Shown here piece after piece: positions 13,308-26,468 of a DNA stretch of 64,000 nucleotides. The stretch's first letter is position 1; each line of letters begins with the position of its first letter. The stretch is from NCBI GenBank assembly GCA_951406725.2, contig OX597815.1, positions 139,562,001 to 139,626,000 on the forward strand. The letters run 5' to 3'. The notes beneath the pieces are model-generated. The model made no database searches and was not told the DNA's origin. It saw nothing but the letters and a program-made list of their open reading frames with translations. Both the position numbers and the translations under genes were made by a program. This DNA is from Octopus vulgaris. Its lineage: Eukaryota.

Positions 13308-13530
13308 GGCGGCGAGCTAGTAGAATCGCTACCGCGCCGGGCAAAATACTTTGCGGCATTTCGTCCGTCTTTACGTTCTGAGTTCAAATTACACCGAAGT
13401 CGACTTTCGCTTTCATCCTTCGGAGTCGATAAAATAAGTACCAGTTGAACACTGGAGGGGGGGGGTCGATGTAATTGAATATCCCCTTTCCCCAAAATTG
13501 TCAGTCTTTGTACCTATAGTAAAAGGGAAT
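13308..13530 (+). mobile_element. tRNA-derived SINE, family B (Meta-domain-like core)
   Basis: GGCGGCGAGCTAGTAGAATCG...GAGTTCAAAT (A/B boxes) and GTCGACTTTCGCTTTCATCCTTCGGAGTCGATAAAATAAGTACCAG; at least 10 copies in the window. Confidence 0.85.
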
Positions 13531-14024
13531 ATTTTATGTTATTGATATTGCGTGTGTGTGTGTGTGTAAGAGCGTAAATCAAGTATGTCTTTCATATTTT
13601 GTCACAATGAAGAATATTCTATCTACTGAACAAGCAATTAATATATGATTATAGAAACTTGTCAGTTCATGTTACTTATATATTCAAAAATATTTAGAGT
13701 TTCTGAGTACTTATTGTCTGATAGGGTTGATTCATGTTACCTGTGCAACTCAATAAAACTATTTATTTTGTGTGTAAAATGTATCCCTTATTCTCCTGTC
13801 CGCTCTGAGCATTCGGCGAAAAAATTGTTTTTCCTTTCTATTTAATCTTAAAATATAAAATGTGGTTAAGAAGAGATTTACATATAATTTTTCATTTTGT
13901 GATTTATACAATGTCAAGACAGTTTAGAAAACAATGGATATTTTTGGATATTAAAAGTGCAGGTGCCACCAAAGTAATGCACCAACTGCAGCATTCAAAT
14001 CTCCAAACAGAAGAGGTTGGTAGA

Positions 14025-14500
14025 AAAATGTCAAACTCGCTGTTTGAATTCACTTTTCGCTCATATCCTCACTTGTGGTCATGAATTTTGGGTAATGAAC
14101 GAAAGCGTACGATCGCAAATATAAGCGGCCAAAATTAAGTTCCTCCAAAGAATCTCAGAAGCAGTGTTACCCGACAAGGTGCATAGCTCGAAGAGCAAGG
14201 TACCTCTCCTGGTCGAGCCGCAATTTCTCCGCATGTAATTAGAATGTCACAGGAAGGAATCGCAAGACGGATTCTTCAAACCAAGCCAACCGGCTGAAGA
14301 TCTGGGTCTAGATCCAAAATGAGACGGTTGAATGATATCCATAGTCTCAGTTGGTCAAGCGTGGGAATCAAGCAGGAAAGTCTAATGACGGTTGTTTCCG
14401 ATAGGATCTATCAGAGAATGAACTGTGTGATAGGATTCTATCGAGCATTCTAAACCCACGGCCTACCTGGTAACAGTGGGCGAAGATGGATATATGGATG
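14025..14500 (+). mobile_element. RTE-clade (Rex3/Expander-like) LINE 3' fragment, decayed
   Basis: Translates to LTCGHEFWVMNESVRSQI*AAKIKFLQRI...RMSQEGIARRILQTKPTG*RSGSRSKMRRLNDI, matching the RTE C-terminal pattern. Confidence 0.75.
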
Positions 14501-15007
14501 GTTATACTTGGTTTTTTGGGGTTTTGAAAGTTAACGATTTTTTAAACTTACTCTTTACCTCATAAAAAGTTCGTACTCCAAAGTTCCACTGCTTCCACCA
14601 ACATTCTGTAGTGCTTAAAGGATTGAACAATTACGACATTTGAAATCATACATGTTTTTTATGCATGTACTCATTCATATATTCCTAATCGAAATATGTA
14701 TTCAAAATATGTCCTCCATCTCATCCTCTTAACTTGAGATCAGGATGACTTTGCAATAAAATCTTTAACGGCTGCTTATGCATGCTCAACATTTATGGCT
14801 CTGGCTGTGAGTAACGGTCAACAAATGAAGTAGATTTGATCGTTTCAATCACAAACTTCAAACAGGTATATGTGTATATGTGTGCACATTTTACACACAC
14901 ACACACACACACACACTCACACAAACAAACACACATGTGCATGCATGCATGCATATATACATGCACATATATGTGGGTCTTTATTACCCTGAAGGACAAT
15001 AAAACAA

Positions 15008-15098
<91 letters not shown>

Positions 15099-15278
15099 CT
15101 CTGTTTCTAATTTTCTTCTCTTTCTTTTTTCCTTCTGCCACCACTTATTATTCTCTGATTTTCTTTTCGTTTTCTTTCTCTAGCTCGTAACAACTAGGTT
15201 GTATATTTAGAAATACACACAGAGAAGTATTATGTGTGTGTGTGTGTGTACGTAAATACCTTTATATGCATTTATATA

Positions 15279-15312
<34 letters not shown>

Positions 15313-15822
15313 TAAATACCTTTATATGCATTTATATATATATATGTGTGTGTATGTATGTATGTATGTATGTATGTATATTGCCTGTATTTGTTTGTAT
15401 ATGTATGTAGGCATGTACCAACACTTATATGTTTAGTGTGTATATGTATATATAGTTTTTTTTGTATGTTTATGTATTACTAGATATATGTGTATTTTTA
15501 TGATGTTAGTTCTTTGTAAATGTTATTATTTTAAACGGATATATCTTTTTAATTTAAATTTATTTTACCATTCATTAATTTACCTGAGTATACAGGATTT
15601 TTTTCTTTCTACTAAAGCTGATTTTTTTTTCATCCGAGGTTTTCTTCGATTTTAAGCAATATGATTTCAAATCGTAATTTTTAATTTCATATAACCGGTT
15701 ATTGAAAAGACCATTAGTTGAAAAGGACCAATGAAGCAAAACCAATTTCAAATGTGTACCTATCAACGTAATTGTATATTTATAAATATAAATATAACCT
15801 TATTTTTGTTCCATTCTCAATC

Positions 15823-15868
15823 AAAACTCTCCGACGAACGTGAACGTGGAACTCTGAGTAACAGTTTT
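15823..15868 (+). ncRNA. Degenerate minimal HHR motif (same family as 28022-28067)
   Basis: AAAACUCU-CCGACGA-A-CG(ugaa)CG-U-GGAA-CUCUGAG-UA-ACAGUUUU. Confidence 0.55.
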
Positions 15869-17459
15869 TGTGATGTCTTTGCATATATATCCCCCGTAAA
15901 CATGGATGTTCCGTTAGAACAAATTATACTGCGGTAGTTACCATGAGAGAAACTCTCATATTGACTTTCGGTGCAAAATGCACTCTCCAGCGCCGTGACC
16001 ACCGAATCCACGATGCTAGCCAACCACACCTGCAAACAAAAGGTAAGAAATGCTAACTACCACATTAAATGAAAGATCTTGGCCGGGCAGAAGCCATAAA
16101 TCAACGGATCAAGAAACTGCTGGCTTTGATCAGCAGAAATAGCACTTATTTCGTTCATATTATAGAACACTGGAAGTTGTCTGAACAGCAAACGGAAATT
16201 TTTAGTAAATGTTCATACGTAGAGATATATATTCTTTCTTAGTGATAACATTACACCATTACCAGATTAGCCTTGACAGGAGGTATGCAAATCTAATTTT
16301 ATCATCTTACTTTCTCCACACCCTTTCTCATTTTTACACTTTGAACAGTTTTTCAGAGCCTTTTTCTGTATAGCTTCTATAGTGCCTTCAAAATTATTCA
16401 TATATAAATATACACCAATATACATATACTTGCATATGTATTTTTGCGTCGTATGTACGTATCTGCATGTGCGTGTGGAAGTATCTATGTACGCGTGAGT
16501 GTATTTGCATATCCATTACATTAACTTCATTTTGCAAAGATTCTTATATTGACGTACAAAACAATCCAAGGAGCTTAATCTGGTTCGTGAATAGCTGTGT
16601 CGCCCCCTCTCATATATTTGCACTTCTCTAAAATAATTTGTTCTACACTTGTTTTTACCAACTTTTCACACAAATTATTGATAGCCATATTGGATCTCGA
16701 CCGATTTTTGGCATATTTCTTGTAATGAGCACAATCTGCAGACAGTAGCGAGAAATTTAAAACAGCCATTTATGTTCCTTCAATATTATATAGACCATTC
16801 TATATATATATGTGTGTGTGTGCGTGTGTGTGTGTGTACATATGTGCGTAGGTGCATGCGTACGTATATGTGTGTAGATGTATGTATTATACATGTGTGT
16901 GTGTGTTTACCCCATTTAAATTTCAACACCAACAGGTTATTCTTATATGTATGTTTGTATATATACGGTATTTGGATTCAGTTCTTGTGAAGATTTGCAT
17001 GTTTTGTTTTCTGTATGCATTCTCATGCTTATAGATGCATGTCTAGATATGTGCATATATACTTAAATGATAAGATTCCGGGAACTTTTACAGATTTCTA
17101 CAGTTCCACTAATGGCTTGGATCTGTAGTCTTGGAAACACCTTCCTCTTTTGTATGTATGTATGCATTCGTGTATGTATGTATGTGTGCATGTATGTATT
17201 TATGTATGTATTTATGTATGTATGTTCAGTGATTGTACAGTATAAGGTAGTCTTGAGCACACAATGATCCTAAAGGTCAGTAATAGTTTTCCTCGCTTAC
17301 GAGTGGTCGGCCATCATGTATGTATGTATGTATTTATGTATGTATGTATATATGTATGTATGTATCTGTGTGCTTGTACGCATGTATGCATGCATGTATG
17401 TATGTATGTATGTATGTATGTATGTATGTATGTATGTATGTATGTATGTATGTATGTAT

Positions 17460-17660
17460 GACTCTATTCTATTTTTGATTATTTGAATTCTTCCTCTGAG
17501 GAAGGAATTTGTTTCTGACAAGGATACAAAGCTCCATCGCTGTAACATAAACGAAACATTCCGATTTTGAACTCGAGAAAAGATTTGCATATTTTTACTG
17601 ATTATGTTGCAAACAGTAGTTGTAATATATGTCTAATGTCGGTTGTATATCGTATGCCTG
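17460..17660 (-). mobile_element. R4/Dong-like element, 3' end fragment
   Basis: CTGAGGAAGGAATTTGTTTCTGACAAGGATACAA...GAACTCGAGAAAAGATTTGCATATTTTTACT matches 11539-11650. Confidence 0.75.
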
Positions 17661-17694
<34 letters not shown>

Positions 17695-17794
17695 TGTATG
17701 TATGTATGTATGTATGTATGTATGTATGTATGTATGTATATATGTATGTATGTATGTATGTTTTTTTTCCTTAAGTTAGTGTGTATGTGAGTGT

Positions 17795-18035
17795 ATGTTC
17801 TGCTCTCTTTTTTAATTATTTAAATTCATCAACTGGAGAAGGAGCTGGTTTCTAACAAAAATAAATAGTCCCATCGTTGAAATGTAGACAACGAAGACCA
17901 TATCATATTTTAAATTTGAGAAAAGACTTGCATATTTTCACTTTTCCACTTAACAGATTCTATTTATAATGTGCGATTGAGTTGGTTGATTTTTTTCTGA
18001 AAGCCATAGATTATCCAGATTGTTACTTAGGCGAT
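17795..18035 (-). mobile_element. R4/Dong-like element, 3' end fragment
   Basis: GGAGCTGGTTTCTAACAAA...TTGAGAAAAGACTTGCATATTTT...TTTCTGAAAG...TTATCCAGATT matches 11547-11730. Confidence 0.75.
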
Positions 18036-19209
18036 GTATGTATGTAAATAAGTATGTTTGTATGAATATTTGTATATATGTAAATAAGGTCTTATGCAAT
18101 TGTAAATTTACGTAAACATTCCTCCGAGTGTGTTGGTGTCTACTCGTGTATATATTTTTGTTCGCAGATGCATGTGTATGTATGCATTATTCTTCATTTT
18201 CTATGAAACATTCAGAATATATTTATTTACTTCATGCCTCACTCCTCGCCCCCTAATTTCATTCCTTTTCTCTTTCTCCGATGCAACATGGCGCATTTTC
18301 ATATCTTCTCTCTATTCTTTTAGCTCAGTCACTCTTAGTTTATATTCTTTTTATTTAATTAATACACACAGTTCCCTTTGTTCTCTTTGATACCCTAAAC
18401 AGCACACACACACACTCTCTATCTATCTATCTCTTATTCCCCCACTTTCTCTTTCTTTTCCTTTCTCTCTTCTTGCAAAATAAAGACACAAACGTCTCCT
18501 TCATCTTGCATATATAATAACCAACCACTAACTTCACAATTTTCTACCTCAAACTTCCACCCTACCTAATGAAGTGACTGGGTACATTGCATCAAACATT
18601 TATTGGTTATCTCTGTTTACCATTCATACAAAGCTAAACTTCAACAAATCCTAAATTATTGAACACAACTTCATGCTAGGGTTCTAATTCTCTGGTAGAA
18701 AAAAAAAGGTCAACTTCGTAAATACAAAAATTCAAAGATTTCCTATAACTAAAATATATATGTATTTTCGAAATAATGTTTATATGTATGTATGCAAACT
18801 AGTAATATGTTTATACATACATTACAACACGCACGCACAAACGCATGCGTACCGCACAGAATGTATAAACACGCACAAACACACGAGCACATACACATAT
18901 GTACATACTTATACATCTATATGTTTCGTGTATAAACTATACACAAATGTCAATAGACATAAATGTGTGTACGCGCTGTTACATCAAAAGTTGTACTATT
19001 GATTCCTAATCTACGAAATAATATCGATTTTTCCAGTTGCCTTGACTCCCAACTGTTCAAAAGAACGGGATAGTTATTCGAAGCAATAATTTACATTTAC
19101 ATAATTTCTGATAAGATTTTATCAATGTTTGTTTTCATGCTTATAATTCTATGTATGTATGCATCTGTGTATGTGTGCATGCAAGTATTTATGTATGTAT
19201 GTGTATATA

Positions 19210-19257
<48 letters not shown>

Positions 19258-19390
19258 TGTGTGTGTATGTGTATAAATATATATTATGTATATATATATA
19301 TACATGCATACATACTTAGATGCATATATATATGTATATATATATATATATATAAATATATATATATACATACATACATATATATATAAT

Positions 19391-19443
<53 letters not shown>

Positions 19444-19975
19444 TATGTTTATATGTATGAATATACATGTATGAGTATGTACGTATTTATATATTTATAT
19501 ATGCAATCATACGTGTACCTGTGTCTGTATGTACGTACGTGTGTAGATGTGTATGTATGTCTCAGATCCGTGCCATTTTGGTGTACAAGTTAACTAAAAC
19601 TATAAATATTAATCATTAAATATAAACAGAAAATGATTTCCAATTCATTATAAAAATGCTAATTTAATGCATAGGTTTTAAGTGTATAATTCAGTAAATG
19701 GTAACTATTTTGATGTTATACAGGTACAATTTCCGCTACCTTTCAACTTCGCTGTTTAGACTAGGCGTAAAGCTATTAAACACATGTGCTGTAAGTTTAG
19801 CACCATAATACATAAAATATAGTGAAAATAGAAGCTGAATACAAACTGTCTTCATAAAGGCCATTACAGAGTGAAAGTTCGCGTGCTGTGTTACATTGCG
19901 TGTGTGTTTGCCTGTAATGGAAGAGTTAATTTTAAGAGATATTATCCTCTGCTAATGTATAATGTATAACATGAA

Positions 19976-20028
<53 letters not shown>

Positions 20029-20077
20029 TTATATATGTGTGCATGTATATATGTTTATATATATATATTTGTATATA

Positions 20078-20124
<47 letters not shown>

Positions 20125-21074
20125 GTGTGTCCGATGTGTGAGTGTATGTGTACGAGCGTGTGTATTAGGGTGTGTGTATTGGTAAAACTGTGTAAAAAAA
20201 TATAAATGTTTGTCTATGCTTATGTGTATAAGAATCTTCAAGTTTCTATGCATGCGTGCAAAGGTACACTCACCAACTTACCAACTTAGTTTATTTCTAT
20301 ACAAGCGTACATACATACACACATAAATGCGTACATACGTACGTACATCCATACATACGTACATACATACGTACATGCATCCATACGTACGTATGTACGT
20401 ATGTTCGTATGTATGTATGTCGCTAAGCCGAAAGACATTCTATGTATACGTATATTTGTTTTTTGTCATTTTCCATTTGTTTTCATTATATTGTCCTCGT
20501 CTATTTGTTGGTTTTGTTCTTATTTTTTCCTATTTCCATAGCATGTTTCTATTTACCGTTCGGTCGAAGGACAACACTTCTTTTTTTTTTTAGTATTCTT
20601 GTTTTAAATTTTCCTGTTCTTGTTCGCCTGTCGTGTCCGTTCGTTTATTCCCCTGTGGCTGACACTGCCAAATTGGACAGTGTTGTCTGATGGTATGAAC
20701 TTGGGATGGTATTTGGTCGACATCTGATGAGGATGAAACGTGTTTGCATCTGCTGGGTATTTCTTCTGTTTTATCAACTTAATTGCTTCGCCATCCCTCT
20801 ATACTGCATTTTTCTTTATTATACACACAGACATACATGCATACATACATTATTATGGCTGCCCCTCGTTATCGAGTATGGCCATTGCACGAAGCTTAAC
20901 TGTTACTGGTGCTGTGATCGAATGTGACTTTTTAGCCCAGCTAAAGAACTACAATGTCTCTACATACATACATACATACATACATACATACATACATACA
21001 TACATACATACATACATACATACATGTATGTATGTATGTATGTATATACGTATATATGTATCATCTATCTTTTC

Positions 21075-21425
21075 TTTTTTCAAAAATACGTTTCTCCCAG
21101 CGTCCACTACTTTCCTCACGTTCTGGTCTAATGACCCTCCATATTTGTTTTCGTTCGGTTTCCTTGTATGCCTCCACTGTCATTTTTGTTCCCAGCCTTT
21201 ATTTTAGAATTTATGGGAGCAACTGTCTTAGAAGACTCATATTGTCGTTGAATGATCAAAATAAGTAGTTGATAGACAGCCGGCAACTGATGAAGGGTTG
21301 TTTCTCTTTATTAACTTGTCCTATTTCCTATTTTTTGCGCTGTTTTTGTATTTCACTCATCTTTCCCTCGTTTGTTTACGTATTTCACGTTATTTGCACC
21401 ATTGGTGACGTCCTGTACTCATATA
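21075..21425. repeat. Unclassified interspersed repeat, copy 1 (others at 22851-23260 and 23813-24435)
   Basis: Shared blocks TTTTCGTTCGGTTTCCTTGT...CTCCACTGTCATTTTT...TTTATTTTAGAATTTATGGGAGCAACT...GAAGACTCATATTGTCGTTGAATG. Confidence 0.85.
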
Positions 21426-21428
21426 TGC

Positions 21429-21499
<71 letters not shown>

Positions 21500-21504
<5 letters not shown>

Positions 21505-22766
21505 GAGTTGAAGAAAATAATGGAAGCACTTTAACATTTCAAGCAAATTTATTTTGATATGGAGTAATTTATTTTGATATGACAGTAATTACAGCATGAA
21601 TTCTACGAGGTATGGACTCGTACAAAGTTTCAATTGTTTCCAAAGGAATGTGTGTCCATTCTTCAGTTAAAACAGTCTCCAGTTCTTGTAGTGATGATGG
21701 CGGAGGATATCGACTCCTTACTTGTTTTTCTAAAATGTACCAAAAATGTTCAATAATATTGGGATCTAGGGACTGTGGGGGTCAGATAAGATGTTCAACT
21801 TCACTAGAATGCTTCTCGTGCCATTCAGTAACAACTTTAGCTGTGTGAATTGGTGCATTATCATCCTGAAAGATTGTGTTTCCCTCCGGAAACAGTTCCG
21901 CAATCACAGGATGAATTTGATCAGATAAAAGATGTAAATAGTCTTGACTGTTAATTCTGCCATGAAGGGAAACCATTGGGCCGGCGGATTTCCAAGATAT
22001 AGCCCCCCCACCCCGATCATCATAGATCCTTCTCCATGTTTAACAGTTCTTGTAGTGATGATTAACAGTTTGAAGAAGGCAGTGTGGGTCAAATGCTTCT
22101 TTGGCTGTTTCCACACGTATACCCGGCCGGTGGTTGGAAATAAGGTAAAGGATGACTCGACCGAGAAAATAACATTGGTCTAGGGACCAATTCTGTAGGT
22201 ATTTACTCCACTCAAAACGCTTTGCAACGTTTGTTTTTGAAAGTAGTGGTCTTCTGATTGCAGCCCTCCCGTGAAATCCGGTTTTGTGTGGCGAACAGTT
22301 TTTGTGGAAACTAGGTTCTCGAGGTGGTCATTAAGCTCTGCAGTAATTTGGGAGCTGTACCTTTGTGATCCTTTCTAACAATTCGCGGAAGAGTCCTACG
22401 GTCTCTATCTGAAAGTTTTGGTTTCTTCTGGAGTTTTGTTTCGACGAGGAGGTTTTTCCCTTTTCTCAAAGGCTGTCATCACTTTCGAGACGTCTTGATA
22501 CATAAACATTTCGGCTGTTTTCGTTAGGCTAGCGACTGCCATACGAGTACCTACGATTTGACCTCTTTGAAAGTCCGATAGATTTGTCATTTTAATGAAT
22601 TTTAATTACCTTTTCTGATGATATGTGAAAAGAAACAGCAATTTTAGCAAAACATATTAAGCAACACTAATAATAAATCAAAAAACATAAAAATAAACAA
22701 GCTTTTGACGGTTTTATAAATTTCAAAATTATGATGCTGTGATGCTAGGTGTTTTCATTATTTTAT

Positions 22767-22772
<6 letters not shown>
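21500..22772 (-). mobile_element. Tc1-like (DD34E) transposon, decayed
   Basis: LSDFQRGQIVG, TVKHGEGS, GRINSQDY, IFQDDNAPIHTAK and PPQS.D.N.IE motifs; imperfect TIRs (..AAAATAATGGAAGCAC / GTGTTTTCATTATTTT) embedded in (TA)n. Confidence 0.9.
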
Positions 22773-22830
<58 letters not shown>

Positions 22831-22850
22831 ATATATTTTATTGAACGCGA

Positions 22851-22931
22851 TGTATCCGTTTCCAAGTAAGTTTATCTTCACCTTTTTGATGCCACTCTCA
22901 ACTGTTTTCTTCCTCCATGCTTCTCTAATCC

Positions 22932-22985
<54 letters not shown>

Positions 22986-23260
22986 CATCGTCCATCTTCC
23001 TTTTCCTCACGTGACAATCTTTCCTTTCCTGCACTGACGTTTAAATGAACAGATGTGTTTTTCTCTCTCTCTCCTGTCTTTTCTCTTTTCAAAAAAAAAA
23101 TACTTCTCCTACCGTTCACTATTTTCCTCTCGTTCTCGTCTGACGTCCTTACATGTTTGTTTTCGTTCGGTTTCCTTGTATGTCTCCACTGTCATTTTTT
23201 TCCCAACGTCGACCCTGCATAAATCCTAAATTTTATTTTAGAACTTATAGGAACAATTGC
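22851..23260. repeat. Unclassified interspersed repeat, copy 2, cut off by the HHR element at 23273
   Basis: TTGAACGCGA...TTTCCAAGTAAGTTTATCTTCACCTTTTTGATGCCACTCTC matches 23813 onward. Confidence 0.85.
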
Positions 23261-23272
23261 TGTTTAGCCCCC

Positions 23273-23740
23273 GTTTCCTGGGGCTAAATAGCAGTAGCAT
23301 TCTTCCCTTTCATGGGACTGCCACATTAAGTTGGCAACATAACATCACTTTATCGTGCTGCTACTGTATAAATCTTTCTGAGAGATTTAAAAATACAATA
23401 TTTCTAATTTTGTCGAATTCACTTGGAATTCTATAAGTTTTCAAAGGCGAATAAGCATCGGCAGCTAGCAAGCCAAGCTACTCCAGACTGATGAAGAGCA
23501 ATGACTCTCAAACTAGACTTTGAATGCTGGCTTTGCTGGTTGGAGGTCCTTATCGTCCCTGTTTGAAAACTTAAGGACACAGAACGCTTATGTCACATAG
23601 CCAACTGGAGACGGTGTTTCTTGGGACTAAATAGCAGTAGCATTCTTCCCTTTCCTGGGACTGCCACATTAAGTTGGCAACAAACCATCACTTTATCGTG
23701 CTTCTATTGTATATACTTAAAAATGCGATATTTCTAATTT

Positions 23741-23741
<1 letters not shown>
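23273..23741 (+). mobile_element. Retrozyme-like HHR element, 343-nt unit plus ~130-nt direct repeat
   Basis: 23273-23411 is repeated at 23616-23741; HHR remnant CUCCAGA-CUGAUGA-A-GAG..CUC-UCAAAC at 23481-23513; homologous to the reverse complement of 4945-5370. Confidence 0.7.
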
Positions 23742-23793
<52 letters not shown>

Positions 23794-23812
23794 TATATTA
23801 TTTATTATTTAA

Positions 23813-23961
23813 TTGAACACGACGCCTCCATTTCCAAGTGAGTTTATCTTCACCTTTTTGATGCCACTCTCTACCCTATACTGTTTTTTCTTCCATCCTT
23901 CTCTATTTCCCTTTTTCATCCCGTCTCTCTTTCACCGTTTTCTACCTGTCTCTCTCTCCCT

Positions 23962-24006
<45 letters not shown>

Positions 24007-24435
24007 GCTTACATGTGACCATCGTCCATCTTTCTTTTCATCACGTAACCATCTTTCTTTTCCTGCACGGACGTTTAAACAAACGGGCGTGTTTTACCCT
24101 CTCTCTCTTCTATCTCTTCTTTTTAAAAAAAGTTTCTTCCAGAGTTCACTGTTTTCCTCTCGTTCTGGCCTAATGACAATCTGTCTTTGCTTTCGTTTAG
24201 TTTCTTTGTGTCTCCACTGTCATTTTTTTTTTTGTTCCTAACTTTGACCCTCCATAAATCCTAAGTTTTATTTTAGAATTTATGGGAGCAACTCTCTTTG
24301 AAGACTCATATTGTCGTTGAATGCTCAAAATAAGGAGTAGATAGACAGCCGACAACTGATAAAGGTTCCTTTCTCTGTATTAACTTGTCCTGTTTATTTG
24401 CACCGTTTGTGACGTCCTGTACCCATATATGCATG
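23813..24435. repeat. Unclassified interspersed repeat, copy 3 (longest)
   Basis: Overlaps both copy 1 and copy 2 in sequence; internal (CT)n tract. Confidence 0.85.
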
Positions 24436-24488
24436 TATATATATATATATATATAAGAGAGAGAGAGAGAGAGACGAGAGAGAGAGAG

Positions 24489-24559
<71 letters not shown>

Positions 24560-24584
24560 ATATATATATATTATATATATATAA

Positions 24585-24650
<66 letters not shown>

Positions 24651-24656
24651 CAAAAA

Positions 24657-25377
24657 AAGAAAATGGACAAATACATCGAAATCAAGTATCAATTACCAGA
24701 TAATACTCAATCACATACTTTATTAAACCACCACATAAGAAACTATAAGGTTAAACATAATAATGTAGGGTAAAACAGTGTATATGAAGGAGTGTACATA
24801 AAATAGTAATGTTATACAATAAGTAGAATACGTATAATAGAAAATAAATATAAGTACACATAAATATAAATATAGACTATATCTTACACCTGTTTCGGCC
24901 ATGTAGATAAGCATGTCTAATTTAACTTATATTAGCCATTTATGGTAGGTCAGTATGTAGTTATAAATAAGACATTTACAAAAACATCCTAAGGCCTATT
25001 CAGAGATTACAAATTAGATTACATACATACTTATATAGGTGTGGGTACATACCCATAATAAAACATATACATATGAGTGTATATACTCATACTCCTATAC
25101 ATATAAATATACATATACATAATGATATAAATAATATAAATTAATAAACATACATATGCTCCACTTATATTTATGTGTACTTATATTTATTTTCTATTAT
25201 ACGTATTCTACTTATTGTATAACATTACTATTTTATATACACTCCCTCATATACACTGTTTTACCCTACATTATTATGTCTAACCTTATAGTTTCTTATG
25301 TGGTGGTTTAATAAAGTATGTGATTGAGTATTATCTGGTAATTGATACTTGATTTCGATGTATTTCTCCATTTTCTT
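24657..25377. mobile_element. 213-bp inverted repeats flanking a ~295-bp spacer containing an HHR motif (non-autonomous Penelope-like architecture)
   Basis: 24657-24869 is the reverse complement of 25165-25377 with about 4 mismatches. Confidence 0.8.
24881..25007 (-). ncRNA. HHR motif with long stem II insertion (G8U substitution)
   Basis: AUCU-CUGAAUA-GGCC...~90 nt...GGCC-GAAACAGGUGUA-AGAU. Confidence 0.55.
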
Positions 25378-25988
25378 ATTTTGTATTATGAATTTGTGGT
25401 AAAACATTTTACCTTTGCCCATATAATACAATAAATGAATTAATTGTATCGCAATTCTTAACATTTATGTATTAACTTTGTTGGGTACTTCACTAGCAAT
25501 ATATTGGATATATGTTATCCCATGGAGGGTTGCATTTACAACCCCTATCTCAATTTGTATATATATATATAAATCTATTGACACACGCACACACACACAC
25601 ACACACACTCACCTGTGTACACGCAAATACACAAAGATACACATACAGCTAGACGTACGCTTATATGTACGTGTGAACATATGTATGTATGTATGGATGG
25701 ATGGTTGGCTGGATGGATGGATGGCTGAATTGTGCATACTATAAATGGCTCCAGTAAAAATGGCGCAGTTAAAAAATATAAGTGAAATAATAGAAAATAA
25801 TGGCACGACAATTAATCGTAGCTTCACCATAAAATAATTAATGCACTTCGTAATATTATATTAAAAGACATTACACTTATTATTATACACAGTTTATTTT
25901 GAACTGCTTCTTTTTTGTGTCTGTGTCTGTGTTCGGGTATTTATTTATTTATATTGTGCCTCATTCGAAATTTTCGTAATTAATACCT

Positions 25989-26219
25989 ATTTCTTTACTA
26001 CCCACAAGGGGCTAAACACAGAAAGGACAAACAAGGACAGAAAAACACATTAAGTCGATTACATCGACCCCAGTGCGTAACTGGTACTTAATTTATCGAC
26101 TCCGAAAGGATGAAAGGTTAAGTCGATCTCGGCGGAATTTGAACTCAGATCGTAGCGGCAGACGAAATACGGCTACGCATTTCGCCCGGCTTGCTAACGT
26201 TTCTGCCAGCTCGCCGCCT
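25989..26219 (-). mobile_element. SINE family B, tandem copy 1
   Basis: Reverse complement of the 13308 family; flanked by TTTTCGTAATTAATACCT. Confidence 0.9.
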
Positions 26220-26237
26220 TTTTCGTAATTAATACCT

Positions 26238-26468
26238 ATTTCTTTACTACCCACAAGGGGCTAAACACAGAAGGGACAAACAAGGACAGACAAACGGATT
26301 AAGTCGATTATATCGACCCCAGTGCGTAAATGGTACTTATTTAATCGACCCCGAAAGGATGAAAGGCAAAGTCGATCTCGGCGGAATTTGCACTCAGATC
26401 GTAGCGGCAGCCGAAATACCGCTAAGCATTTCACCCGCCGTGCTAACGTTTCTGCCAGTTCACCGCCT
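26238..26468 (-). mobile_element. SINE family B, tandem copy 2
   Basis: As above; a third copy of the flank lies at 26469-26486. Confidence 0.9.

Noticed and set aside
15944-16048. Short frame MRETLILTFGAKC... ending at AAG|GTAAGA, superficially like a tubulin MREx start; also a minus-strand acceptor
   Set aside because: No GQCG or further tubulin similarity; the minus strand could equally be a decayed tRNA-SINE head; no partner exon identified.
20718-20750. CTGATGA-GGAT-GAAAC, HHR-like words
   Set aside because: No stem II and no pairing stem I.
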